Source: Porticoccaceae bacterium (GTDB taxonomy: Bacteria > Pseudomonadota > Gammaproteobacteria > Pseudomonadales > Porticoccaceae). From it: DNA of 64,000 nt. Shown here one piece after another: positions 21,860 to 31,312 of this stretch. Position numbers and translations under genes: made by a program. The notes beneath the pieces are model-generated. The model saw only the letters and a list, made by a program, of their open reading frames with translations, made no database searches and was not told the origin of the DNA. Positions within the stretch are counted from its first letter, which is position 1. Each line of letters begins with the position of its first letter. Where the stretch lies: the NCBI GenBank assembly GCA_029250825.1, contig JAQXEN010000025.1:3698-67697 (forward strand), read 5' to 3'.

Positions 21860-22245
21860 CAAATCAGCCATCTGATAGTCCGTCTAATAGTCCGGCTAAC
21901 AAAGAGACTAGCGGCGATGTACTGGCAAAGCTCTGTGCTGTATTGGAAGCCCGCAAAGCCGCCTCGGCAGACGACTCCTATGTCGCCAGCCTACACATCA
22001 GTGGCTTGAATAAGATTCTTGAGAAAGTTGGCGAAGAGAGTATCGAAACTATTCTTGCGGCGCGCGATGCACAGGATAGCGGCGATAATACTAAGCTTAT
22101 CTATGAGACGGCCGATCTCTGGTTTCACAGCCTGGTGATGCTCTCCCACCTTGGAGAGGATGCCCAGGCAGTGTTGACTGAGCTTGAGCGGCGTTTTGAT
22201 TTGTCCGGGCTAGATGAAAAAACTGCGCGAGACTCGGCCAAGTAG
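21856..22245 (+). CDS. hisE: phosphoribosyl-ATP pyrophosphatase
   Basis: The ATG at 21856 overlaps the hisI stop (ATGA). Carries the SYVASL...KILEKVGEE...EAADLWFH MazG-like HisE pattern. Confidence 0.85.
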   Translation: MTNQPSDSPSNSPANKETSGDVLAKLCAVLEARKAASADDSYVASLHISGLNKILEKVGEESIETILAARDAQDSGDNTKLIYETADLWFHSLVMLSHLGEDAQAVLTELERRFDLSGLDEKTARDSAK

Positions 22246-22288
22246 GTTATAACTGGATATCACCAGCCTTCTATGAAGGAGTATTGAG

Positions 22289-22471
22289 ATGGGTTTTGGA
22301 TGGCAAGAACTGCTGATTGTTTTGGTTATTGTGGCGCTAATCTTTGGTACTAAGAAATTGCGCGGTATAGGGTCAGATTTAGGCGGTGCGGTGAAAGGCT
22401 TTAAAGATTCTGTAGGTACAGATGAAGATAAGACTGCGGAGCCTAAAGAGGCCGATAAGTCTCAAGACTGA
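22289..22471 (+). CDS. tatA: Sec-independent translocase protein TatA
   Basis: 60 aa: [32 protein letters not shown]. Confidence 0.9.
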   Translation: MGFGWQELLIVLVIVALIFGTKKLRGIGSDLGGAVKGFKDSVGTDEDKTAEPKEADKSQD

Positions 22472-22759
22472 TATCTTGGGCAGCTGTGGTTCCCACAGTG
22501 CCGCTGGGCTAGGGAAATTTATCTAGCCCCTTTGGGATCGACCCCATAAGCTGAAAACAAACACCCCTTAAGCACGCCCCGATTGATCCCAAAAATCAAC
22601 ATAGCTTCCCTGAAAGACTGGAGTACTGATGGCAGGTCTTTTGTACGGGTTTGAAACCCTGTCATCCCGACAGTGGGCAGCGACGAGGGATCTCAAAATT
22701 TCTTAAGTACATTGGAAATAACAGTGATTAACCATCGAATCAAAAGGCCCCAGTAAACA

Positions 22760-23143
22760 ATGTTTGATATAGGTTTCTCCGAACTACTGGTTATCGCCAC
22801 TGTCACCCTGATAGTGATGGGTCCCGAGCGCCTCCCCCAAACCGTGCGCAGTATCAGCCTTTGGATTGGCCGCTTTAAACAGATGCTCGCCTCGGCGCGA
22901 AAAGAGTTCGAACAGGAAGTCGGCATGGACGATATTCGCCACCAGCTACACAATGAAAAAATCATGCGCGATCTAAGCCGGACCAAAGCAGATCTGCAGC
23001 AGACTCTTGATAACGCGGCTCTCGATAACAGCGCTCAGGAAGCGGTATCCCTCGAGGAAACCCTGGATAGCAGCCTAGCCAGCACCCGACACAATATGAC
23101 CCCTCTCGACAGCAACCCACCGGCGACCAAAACGGATGAGTGA
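22760..23143 (+). CDS. tatB: Sec-independent translocase protein TatB
   Basis: 127 aa: MFDIGFSELLVIATVTLIVMGPERLP. Overlaps the tatC start. Confidence 0.85.
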   Translation: MFDIGFSELLVIATVTLIVMGPERLPQTVRSISLWIGRFKQMLASARKEFEQEVGMDDIRHQLHNEKIMRDLSRTKADLQQTLDNAALDNSAQEAVSLEETLDSSLASTRHNMTPLDSNPPATKTDE

Positions 23144-23873
23144 AGAGCCCCTAGATAGCCAACCTTTTATGGCTCATCTGGTTGAATTTAGAGACCGCAT
23201 GCTCCGCGCTATCGCCTCTATTTTAGTGATTTTTATCGTCCTGTTTTCCTTTAGCAATGAACTCTATCTCTACGTATCGGAGCCACTGCGTCAGTATCTA
23301 CCAGACACCTCGACAATGATTGCAACCGATGTCACCTCGCCCTTTTTAACCCCATTTAAACTCACTCTGGTGTTGTCCCTGTTTGCCGCCATGCCCTATG
23401 TGCTTTATCAGGTCTGGGCTTTTGTTGCACCGGGGCTCTACAAGCGTGAAAAGAAAATCGTTATCCCCCTGTTCTGCTCCAGCGTGCTGCTGTTTTATGC
23501 CGGCATGGCCTTCGCCTACTATGTGGTATTCCCTCTGGTGTTTATGTTTTTTACCAGTGTCGGTCCCGAAGGCGTATCGATCATGACCGATATCCGCAGC
23601 TATTTAGACTTTGTGTTAAAACTGTTTTTTGCCTTTGGGATTAGTTTTGAAATCCCCATCGCCGTAATTATTCTCTCGTGGATCGGCGCTGTGGATCCAG
23701 ACAACTTGGTCAAGAAGCGACCCTATGTCTTTGTTATCTGCTTTGTCTTTGGCATGCTGCTGACACCGCCAGATATACTCTCTCAAACTCTACTCGCCGT
23801 GCCCATGTGGCTGCTCTTTGAGATCGGTATTATCTTTGGTCGGTTAGTAAAACCTAAGCCAAATAGCGACTGA
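23136..23873 (+). CDS. tatC: Sec-independent translocase protein TatC
   Basis: 245 aa, polytopic, with FMAHLVEFRDRMLR and the typical TatC helices. Confidence 0.9.
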   Translation: MSEEPLDSQPFMAHLVEFRDRMLRAIASILVIFIVLFSFSNELYLYVSEPLRQYLPDTSTMIATDVTSPFLTPFKLTLVLSLFAAMPYVLYQVWAFVAPGLYKREKKIVIPLFCSSVLLFYAGMAFAYYVVFPLVFMFFTSVGPEGVSIMTDIRSYLDFVLKLFFAFGISFEIPIAVIILSWIGAVDPDNLVKKRPYVFVICFVFGMLLTPPDILSQTLLAVPMWLLFEIGIIFGRLVKPKPNSD

Positions 23874-23992
23874 GCCACCCGAGAGAGATAGAGTTTCCCA
23901 GTCACTAAGTCGCAGCTACAACCGCTCGCCCAGTTTTGCTCTCGGTCGTGCTCTCGCAACCAGCATTACAGCCTGCTCTTTACAACCAATCA

Positions 23993-24036
23993 TTTACAAT
24001 AAGACCAAAATCCTTATACTGTTTATCCATACAGTA
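23993..24036 (+). promoter_or_regulatory. sigma70-like promoter overlapped by a LexA (SOS) box upstream of dnaE2
   Basis: TTTACA (23993-23998), a 16-nt spacer, then TATACT (24015-24020). TACTGTTTATCCATACAGTA (24017-24036) fits the gammaproteobacterial CTGT-N8-ACAG SOS box and overlaps the -10 hexamer. Confidence 0.65.
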
Positions 24037-24049
24037 TTTGTACCCAGCA

Positions 24050-27000
24050 ATGTCCTACGCCGAACTCCACTGCATCAGCAACTTCACCTTTCTCAGGGGT
24101 GCCTCCCATCCCCATGAACTGGTCAAACGTGCCACTGAGCTCAACTATAGCGCCCTCGCCATTACCGATGAGTGTTCGCTGGCCGGCGTTGTCAAAGCCC
24201 ATGTCGCCGCCATAGATCATAATCTAAAACTGATTATCGGCAGCGAATTCAATCTCGATGGCCATAAACTTATCGTATTAGCACCTAACCGCCAAGCCTA
24301 TTCAGAACTCTCTGCCCTTATCACTCTGGCCCGCCGCCGCGGTGACAAAGGCAGTTATCAGCTCGATTGGAGCGATCTTAAAGGCAACCTACGCAATGCA
24401 CTGCTTATCTGGCTGCCCTCACAGCAGCTTGCCCCAGACCAACGGCGCGGCGAACAACTTAGCAACTGGTTTAAAGGTCGACTCTGGATCGGCGTCAGCC
24501 ACCTGCTCAGCGGCCAAGATGCCAAAGACTATTACCACTACCGCAACCTCGCCGCCATGTGGCAACTGCCCATGGTCGCCTGTGGTGATGTCCATATGCA
24601 CAGCCGCCAGCGTCAACCACTCCAGGACACTCTCACCGCCATCCATCACAACTGCTCTGTTATGCAGCTCGGAGCGCGGCGCTTTGCCAATAGTGAACGC
24701 CATCTGCGCAGCCTCAATCAACTGGAAAAACTCTACCCCGCCGCCCTGCTCCGGGAAACCATCAATATCGCCAAACGCTGCCATTTCTCTCTGGAAGAAC
24801 TGCGCTACGAATACCCATCAGAGGTAGTGCCGGAACATCTCACCGCCACTCAGCAACTGCGTTCTCTCGTGGAAGCCGGAGTCGGCAAACGTTGGCCCAA
24901 AGGTGTCAGCGAAACTATCCGCAAGCAGATTGAATATGAATTACAGGTGGTGGCTGAACTTAACTATGAAAGCTATTTTTTAACTGTTCACGATATAGTC
25001 GCCTTTGCTCGCAGCCGCAATATTCTCTGTCAGGGGCGCGGTTCAGCCGCTAATTCAGTCGTCTGTTACTGCTTGTTTATCACTGAGGTTTCTCCGGATC
25101 AGATCTCCCTGCTGTTCGAGCGCTTTATTTCCAGAGAACGCAATGAACCACCGGATATAGATGTGGATTTCGAACACCAGCGCCGGGAAGAAGTGATTCA
25201 GTACATCTACAAAAAATACAGTCGCGAACGCGCCGCGTTGGCCGCCACAGTTATCAGCTATCGACCGCGCAGCGCTGTGCGGGATGTGGGCAAAGCTCTA
25301 GGACTGGATGCACTGTTTATTGAACAGCTGAGCCAATCCATGTCTTGGTGGGATCGACAGGCGGACCTTCAGGCGCTATTTCAACAGCAGGGTGGCGACA
25401 GCCAAGGACAGATCGCTGAACATTTTTTTAAACTGCTCAATGAGATACTCGGCTTTCCCCGTCATCTCTCTCAGCATGTGGGGGGCTTTATTATCACCAA
25501 AAGTCCCGTCAGCACTCTAGTGCCAGTGGAAAATGCCAGCATGGCCGAACGCACAGTAATTCAGTGGGATAAATACGATATCGAAGCTCTGGGTCTGCTG
25601 AAAATCGATATTCTCGCCCTCGGCATGCTCAGCGCCGTGCATCGCTGTTTTGATCTGGTTCGGGATCACCAGCAGATCAATTTGACCATGCAATCCATCC
25701 CCAAAGATGATCCCGCCACCTATAACATGCTCTGTGTTGCCGACAGTGTTGGTGTATTTCAGATTGAATCCCGTGCTCAGATGGCCATGCTGCCCCGCCT
25801 TAAACCGCGCTGCTTTTATGATTTGGTTATTGAAATCGCCATTGTTCGCCCGGGCCCGATTCAGGGAGGCATGGTGCACCCCTATCTGCGCCGCCGTCAG
25901 GGATTGGAAACCGTGGACTATCCCAGCCAAGAGATTAAATCGGTACTTGAGCGCACGCTGGGAATACCTGTATTTCAGGAACAGGTGATTCGCCTAGCTA
26001 TGGTTGCCGCCGGATTTAGCGGTGGTCAGGCAGATCAACTGCGCCGGGCTATGGCCAGCTCAGGCAAACAGGGTTCTAGCTCGGGCAGCAACCCCAGCCT
26101 CGCTCAGTTTGAGCAAAAACTCACCGATGGCATGATGGCCAGGGGCTATTCCCTAGACTTTGCCGAGCGGCTGTTTAAGCAGATTCAAGGATTTGGTGTC
26201 TACGGTTTCCCCGAATCTCACTCCGCCAGCTTTGCCCTCCTCGCCTATGTCTCCGCCTGGCTCAAGTGTCACCACCCTGCGGCCTTTTGCTGTGCTCTGC
26301 TCAATAGTCAGCCAATGGGTTTTTACTCCCCCTCACAGCTATTACAGGACGCTCAGCGACACCAAATAGAGATCTGCCCCATAGATATCTGTCACAGCAA
26401 CTGGGAGCACAGCCTCGAAACCAGAGGTACAGCTGAACCGGCGATACGTTTGGGGCTCTGCTTAATCAAAGGCTTCTCACCGCGCGCCGCAGAGAGAATT
26501 GTCTCTGCCCGCAATAATCCCCAGCAGCCCTTTGAGCGTCTCACAGAAATCAGCCGAGTGGCTCGATTATCCCAAGCGGATCTGGCTCTATTGAGCAGTG
26601 CTGGGGCACTGCGCTCATTAACCAGCAATCGGCGTCAGGCACATTGGGATGCACTGGCTATTGAAGACTATCGTCCCTTGCTGGAATCAGCGGAGAACAG
26701 TGAATCTCTTCCGGCAATCTTATCCAAGCCCTCAGAAGTGGAAGAGCTAAATGCCGATTACAGCAGCACCGGTGTCAGCCTTGGCCGTCACCCTATGGCC
26801 ATACTGCGAGAGCAGTCGAAGACCCTGCAGCGCTGTAAACGAACCATTGATCTGCCGAATATGGGCAATCGCCGTTTTGTCCGTATAGCCGGCTTGGTCA
26901 CCGGACGCCAACGACCGGGCACGGCTTCGGGAGTGATTTTCTTAACCCTTGAGGATGAAACTGGGAATAGTAATATTGTCGTCTGGACATCGGTTCAAGC

Positions 27001-27130
27001 ACGCTGCCGTGAAGCCCTATTAAAAGGCCGCCTGCTGATAGTGAAAGGTGTGGTGGAAACTGACGGCAATGTAGTGCATGTGATTGCTCAGGAGCTGACC
27101 GATTGCAGCTCCCTTGCAAATGAACTTTAG
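24050..27130 (+). CDS. dnaE2: error-prone DNA polymerase III alpha-like subunit DnaE2
   Basis: 1026 aa from the ATG at 24050. PHP N-terminus YAELHCISNFTFLRGAS and pol III alpha core (GLLKIDILALGML, QIESRAQM). The length and the short OB-fold C-terminus fit DnaE2 rather than DnaE1. Confidence 0.85.
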   Translation: MSYAELHCISNFTFLRGASHPHELVKRATELNYSALAITDECSLAGVVKAHVAAIDHNLKLIIGSEFNLDGHKLIVLAPNRQAYSELSALITLARRRGDKGSYQLDWSDLKGNLRNALLIWLPSQQLAPDQRRGEQLSNWFKGRLWIGVSHLLSGQDAKDYYHYRNLAAMWQLPMVACGDVHMHSRQRQPLQDTLTAIHHNCSVMQLGARRFANSERHLRSLNQLEKLYPAALLRETINIAKRCHFSLEELRYEYPSEVVPEHLTATQQLRSLVEAGVGKRWPKGVSETIRKQIEYELQVVAELNYESYFLTVHDIVAFARSRNILCQGRGSAANSVVCYCLFITEVSPDQISLLFERFISRERNEPPDIDVDFEHQRREEVIQYIYKKYSRERAALAATVISYRPRSAVRDVGKALGLDALFIEQLSQSMSWWDRQADLQALFQQQGGDSQGQIAEHFFKLLNEILGFPRHLSQHVGGFIITKSPVSTLVPVENASMAERTVIQWDKYDIEALGLLKIDILALGMLSAVHRCFDLVRDHQQINLTMQSIPKDDPATYNMLCVADSVGVFQIESRAQMAMLPRLKPRCFYDLVIEIAIVRPGPIQGGMVHPYLRRRQGLETVDYPSQEIKSVLERTLGIPVFQEQVIRLAMVAAGFSGGQADQLRRAMASSGKQGSSSGSNPSLAQFEQKLTDGMMARGYSLDFAERLFKQIQGFGVYGFPESHSASFALLAYVSAWLKCHHPAAFCCALLNSQPMGFYSPSQLLQDAQRHQIEICPIDICHSNWEHSLETRGTAEPAIRLGLCLIKGFSPRAAERIVSARNNPQQPFERLTEISRVARLSQADLALLSSAGALRSLTSNRRQAHWDALAIEDYRPLLESAENSESLPAILSKPSEVEELNADYSSTGVSLGRHPMAILREQSKTLQRCKRTIDLPNMGNRRFVRIAGLVTGRQRPGTASGVIFLTLEDETGNSNIVVWTSVQARCREALLKGRLLIVKGVVETDGNVVHVIAQELTDCSSLANEL

Positions 27131-27162
27131 TGCAGGTTCTAAGCCGCTAAGAAGCTCAGAAA

Positions 27163-27648
27163 TTAAGACGCCTCAGCCAAAACCTTATACGCGGCAATAA
27201 CAGCCTCTGGCGCCTGTACCAACTCAACCAATACCCCTTCCGCAGAGAGGGGAAATTCCTCATTGGCCAGGGGATGAACAAAACACACATCGTGCCCCGC
27301 CGCACCTTTGCGAATACCGCCCGGGGTAAAACGCAGACCCTGTTGAGTAAGCCAAGCCACTGCGGAAGCCAGATCATCGACCCAGAGCCCCACATGATTG
27401 AGAGCCGGCTTATCCACTCGCGGTCGTCTTTCAGTATCCAGCGGTTGCATCAAATCCACTTCAACGGCAAAGGCCCCTGCACCCATCTCACAGATATCTT
27501 CATCGACATTTTCAGATTCACTAACAAAGGTATCGCGGTATTTCAGCCCCAACAGATCAACCCAGAAGCCACGTAGCTTTGCCTTACTGGCACCGCCGAC
27601 AGCGATCTGCTGAATACCTAAAATTGAAAATGGGCGTGAATTAGACAA
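27163..27648 (-). CDS. VOC (glyoxalase/bleomycin-resistance/dioxygenase) family protein
   Basis: 161 aa; [12 protein letters not shown] ... [11 protein letters not shown] pattern of paired beta-alpha-beta-beta-beta modules. Confidence 0.7.
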   Translation of the reverse strand: MSNSRPFSILGIQQIAVGGASKAKLRGFWVDLLGLKYRDTFVSESENVDEDICEMGAGAFAVEVDLMQPLDTERRPRVDKPALNHVGLWVDDLASAVAWLTQQGLRFTPGGIRKGAAGHDVCFVHPLANEEFPLSAEGVLVELVQAPEAVIAAYKVLAEAS

Positions 27649-27745
27649 GGTTTTCTCTCCGTAACTGATTAAAATTTAAACGCTAGCATTTAACAGCTGG
27701 CAATTAAGAGTGTGTAATTATGAGCAGGTAATTAAGAGCAGGCAA

Positions 27746-28708
27746 TTAAGAGCCAAACGCTTTTTTAAATTGATCCAAAAAATACGCCAGCTTATCCACC
27801 GGCAAATCATTGATTCCCGCAGCAGCCTCGCGCCCCCCACCAGAGGGAAACTGCATGCAGAGCGCCGCAGCGCCGTACTTATTGTTCAGTGGCGCTCGCA
27901 CGCTAACCAGATAGTTGCCATTGGCTTTAACCGTGAGCACTGCATGGCCGCGATCCGGATTGTCATTGGCCAGTTGGTTACTATAAACCCCGCTAACGCG
28001 ACGAGCCCAGGGTTCCTCCGGCAACACAAATGCGGCAGCTCTATCGTTCTCTATCAGGGCAACCGTCGACTGTGCCGCTTCAATATCCTGATGATAACCC
28101 TGCTCAAGCTTCTGGAAATTCGCACTGTTATCCGCAACAAAATCAAATGGACTGCGGTACTGACTGAGCATACGATAGAGTTCATCCGGAGCAAAGTGCA
28201 GCTCTTCAACACTTGCGCCATAACCATTGTAGTTAATGTAGATACCGAGATTTTCCAGCAGTGTCGCCTGCTTGTCAGAAAAATTTAGATTCTTGAGCAG
28301 ACTCTTGGCGGTATGTTTAAGGTTGTCGCCAAAGGTGCCAACCACGGCCCACTCCCGAAAGGCGCCACGGAGGTAATGATTAATCAGCACCGATGTGCAC
28401 ACATCCGGGGCCTCATTGATCATTGATTTAAGTGCCGAAGAGGCCGGCACAGAGCCAGCAAAATGGTGGTCCACATAGAACACCTGAGCACCCACATCCA
28501 AGGCGCGATTTAGGCCTTCGCGATTTTTATCCAGAGAGATATCAAGCACTGTAATACGATCATCGGCGGCGGGATAAACACGGTTTAAAAGAGCAATATC
28601 GCGCTTTATACCGGTCACTAACTGAGCATCCCGCGGTTCGGCAAAGCGCAGTTGCAGCAGTGCGCAGATACCATCCGCATCACCGTTAAAGACATCGTAG
28701 TCGGCCAT
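27746..28708 (-). CDS. DHH/DHHA1-type phosphoesterase family protein
   Basis: 320 aa with FNGDADGICA (DHH motifs I/II-like), VDHHF, and C-terminal GGGREAAAG (DHHA1 GGGH-like). Confidence 0.65.
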   Translation of the reverse strand: MADYDVFNGDADGICALLQLRFAEPRDAQLVTGIKRDIALLNRVYPAADDRITVLDISLDKNREGLNRALDVGAQVFYVDHHFAGSVPASSALKSMINEAPDVCTSVLINHYLRGAFREWAVVGTFGDNLKHTAKSLLKNLNFSDKQATLLENLGIYINYNGYGASVEELHFAPDELYRMLSQYRSPFDFVADNSANFQKLEQGYHQDIEAAQSTVALIENDRAAAFVLPEEPWARRVSGVYSNQLANDNPDRGHAVLTVKANGNYLVSVRAPLNNKYGAAALCMQFPSGGGREAAAGINDLPVDKLAYFLDQFKKAFGS

Positions 28709-28764
28709 CTATTCCCCTATAGTTTTCTCTGAATCAATCCCTGCAGTATAGCGACTAACTGCGT

Positions 28765-29703
28765 CTATTGACCGTATTGACGATGAAGATTATTGATTTC
28801 GCTGTTAAAACCGCTCATTGTCTCTTGGATTATTTCCTCAGCCGTCAGCACTCTGTCGATACGGCCGCCAACCTGCCCCTGAAGGGGAATCGCCGCTTCC
28901 ATATCACCGCCAAAATAGAGCCCCTGCAAATTGGCCATATGCTCCATAATATTGAACTTGCCCAGAGGCTCGAGGCCCGCTGTCAACTCAGTCTTTAGGG
29001 CGCGCAGCGCGGGACGTCCCTGCTGATTTAAAAATACCGTATCGGTTTCACGAGAGTTCACAATCGCCTCTTTCCAATTATTGTGCACCGGTGACTCAGC
29101 ACAGGAGAGCATCCGTGTACCCATCTGCACAGCCTCAGCCCCCAAAGCAAAGGCCGCGGCCATTGACCGCCCATCGGCAATACCCCCAGCGGCGATAATC
29201 GGCACATCGCAGTGGGAGCGAATCAATGGCAACAGCACCATGGTGGAGACCGGACTGGGATTTTTAAAACCGCCGCCCTCACCGCCCTCCACCACTAAGC
29301 CATCGACACCGGCATCCAGTGCCTTGAGTGCCATCTCGAGAGTCGGCACCACATGAAAAACGGTAATTCCCGCTGCCTGAAAATCCTTGGTGCAAACACT
29401 GGGACTACCCGAGGAGGTGGTAACAAACTTGATTCCCTGCTCCACCACAAAGTCGATAATATTGCTGTCCCGAACATAGGACAGGGCCACATTCATACCA
29501 AAGGGCTTATCGGTTAGCTCGCGCATCTTAGCCACTTCCAGTTTGATATTATCCAACTCCCCAGAACTGGTTTCGATAATGCCCAAACCACCGGCATTAC
29601 TCACTGCCGCGGCTAGCTGTGAACGGGCAATCCAGCCCATAGGCGCTTGGATAATCGGGTACTGGGATCCAGTTAATTGGGTGATGCGGTTGGAAAAGGT
29701 CAT
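28765..29703 (-). CDS. nitronate monooxygenase (NMO/2-nitropropane dioxygenase family, FMN TIM barrel)
   Basis: 312 aa with YPIIQAPMGWIA, VEGGEGGG and AAGGIADGR motifs. Confidence 0.8.
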   Translation of the reverse strand: MTFSNRITQLTGSQYPIIQAPMGWIARSQLAAAVSNAGGLGIIETSSGELDNIKLEVAKMRELTDKPFGMNVALSYVRDSNIIDFVVEQGIKFVTTSSGSPSVCTKDFQAAGITVFHVVPTLEMALKALDAGVDGLVVEGGEGGGFKNPSPVSTMVLLPLIRSHCDVPIIAAGGIADGRSMAAAFALGAEAVQMGTRMLSCAESPVHNNWKEAIVNSRETDTVFLNQQGRPALRALKTELTAGLEPLGKFNIMEHMANLQGLYFGGDMEAAIPLQGQVGGRIDRVLTAEEIIQETMSGFNSEINNLHRQYGQ

Positions 29704-29771
29704 TTAAATACTCTTTTTTTATTGGCTATTTGTTGTATTTACTATTTTGTTATTTGTTTTTTTATTTATTG

Positions 29772-31124
29772 CTATTTTTTCAGTTCACTCAGATCTTTAA
29801 TAATCGCCTGTTCGATGCAGTCTAGGCGATCCTGACCAAATACTTTTGTCTCGCCATAGACCAGACTGGGCACTCCCCAGAGACTCTGGCCATAGAGCTC
29901 GGCCAAATTATCCTGAGCCCAAAGTCGCCAAGAATCGTCATTCAGTAGTGGCCGCGCCTGACTCCAATCCAGCCCCGCTCGCTCTACCAACTGTTGCATT
30001 CCGCTGTCGCTCTCAGAGAGAACTCCCTCGGCCCATATGCCTTCGGCACAGCTCTGTAAAAAGCTCAACCCGAGACCGTGGGACTGGGCATAGGCAAACA
30101 GCGCGTAACAGCGCTCAACGCCGGCACCTAAGGGATCGGCAATACGGCCAAAAGGTATGCCATATTTATCGGCTTCGCGTTTTACATCAGCAGTGATATA
30201 ACCGCTCTTTGTGGTGGGCATCTGCATGCGCCGCATTACCATAGGTAAAACCGGCTTCACTTCCAGGGGCACCTGATAGTGATCGGCGAGCTGCCGCGCC
30301 CTCACTAGGGCAAGGTAGGAATAGGGACTGCGCACAGACCAGTACATAGTGATTGGCTTTAATGCTCCCTCACCATGGTCTCCACGGCTGTGGCTTAAGC
30401 TCTGACTACAAAAACCTCGATGGCCTCGATCAAACTCAATGGCACTGCTCTGATCTTGCTGCAGGCCCATTTCATTAAACCGCATTTCCAGAAATTCCAG
30501 TCGATTGAGGCCCCAGTACCATTCACCGCCATAGTGCAGCATGCCGCAGAGATAATGCCCCTGCTGTTTAAGCTGTGCTTCATTAGCTTGCAGATGCTGT
30601 CTGTAACATTCCTCATTATGGCTAATATTGCTGTCGACAATCTTGTCCAAAACATCATTCTGACCCTGCCAGTAGGCATCAAACAGCTGCAGGGCATTCT
30701 CCAAGTAACCGGGCTGCAACTCCCAGTGCAGTAGCTGGGCAGTAAGCTGCATCGCCCTGTTCTCCGACTCCTCAGATCCCTCAGATCCGCGAGGCGCCTC
30801 ACTTGGAAAACGCAGCTTATAAAGCTGTGCAAGATGCGTCCCCTCGACAAAGGCATTGCCTTGCCACAGGGCCGGTGCCGGATACATGTCCTCTTGCAGG
30901 TTAAACAGGGTGCGGAAATCAAAACTTACGGGATAGCGCTGAGCAAACCCCTGCAACACCTGCAGTAACAGATAACTGTGAGGGTCATTGAGGCGCAGAT
31001 AAACGGTGATCTTGTGGGGTTGCTTTTTGGCTACGCGGCGTCTTTCCCCTCGCCGGCGACGCAGGTTGCGCAGCCATTGGCTGATGAACAGCTGGATTAG
31101 GCGTGGTTTGATCGATTTGAGCAT
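29772..31124 (-). CDS. tandem 2-hydroxychromene-2-carboxylate isomerase/DsbA-like domain protein
   Basis: 450 aa. Two thioredoxin-fold halves (ITVYLRLNDPHSY.. and ITMYWSVRSPYSYL..) behind an Arg-rich N-terminus (NLRRRRGERRR). Confidence 0.6.
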   Translation of the reverse strand: MLKSIKPRLIQLFISQWLRNLRRRRGERRRVAKKQPHKITVYLRLNDPHSYLLLQVLQGFAQRYPVSFDFRTLFNLQEDMYPAPALWQGNAFVEGTHLAQLYKLRFPSEAPRGSEGSEESENRAMQLTAQLLHWELQPGYLENALQLFDAYWQGQNDVLDKIVDSNISHNEECYRQHLQANEAQLKQQGHYLCGMLHYGGEWYWGLNRLEFLEMRFNEMGLQQDQSSAIEFDRGHRGFCSQSLSHSRGDHGEGALKPITMYWSVRSPYSYLALVRARQLADHYQVPLEVKPVLPMVMRRMQMPTTKSGYITADVKREADKYGIPFGRIADPLGAGVERCYALFAYAQSHGLGLSFLQSCAEGIWAEGVLSESDSGMQQLVERAGLDWSQARPLLNDDSWRLWAQDNLAELYGQSLWGVPSLVYGETKVFGQDRLDCIEQAIIKDLSELKK

Positions 31125-31312
31125 ACTGACCCATCACTTTTTTATTATTATAATTTTAAGCGCTTATTAAAGCGCAATTGGGCAGCTTATGCAGCAGCCT
31201 TGGCTCAGCTAATTCGAGTAACTCACAATCTATTGACACATATACTGACACATGTAACTATTTGGCTTCAATGGTGATGTTCAAACACCGTTTAAAGGGA
31301 GAGCGCAGACCT

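Noticed and set aside
22629-22706. 25-aa small ORF (MAGLLYGFETLSSRQWAATRDLKIS) with GGAG 5 nt upstream in the tatA-tatB spacer, and a hammerhead-like CUGAUG string at 22626-22631.
   Set aside because: The ORF is too short and featureless to support without conservation data. The putative ribozyme core reads CUGAUGG rather than CUGAnGA, and no matching GAAA/stem architecture could be built by eye.
23936-24049. 38-aa N-terminal extension of dnaE2 (track start at 23936).
   Set aside because: The extension would translate through the promoter and LexA box. The conserved PHP-domain N-terminus (MSYAELHCISNF) begins at the ATG at 24050.
30395-30922. 175-aa alternative-frame ORF within the DsbA-like gene.
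   Set aside because: It is on the same strand but in a different frame, fully nested, with Cys/Arg-rich nonsense composition. The 450-aa frame carries the recognisable domain cues.
31178-31312. 45-aa upstream extension of the MBL-fold gene (track start at 31178); likewise 17145-17225 for the DeoR gene and 9212-9241 for the DUF971 gene.
   Set aside because: The extensions begin at non-ATG codons and lack an RBS. The internal ATGs are preceded by good Shine-Dalgarno sequences or sit directly after the upstream stop, and they coincide with the start of the signal peptide or HTH domain.
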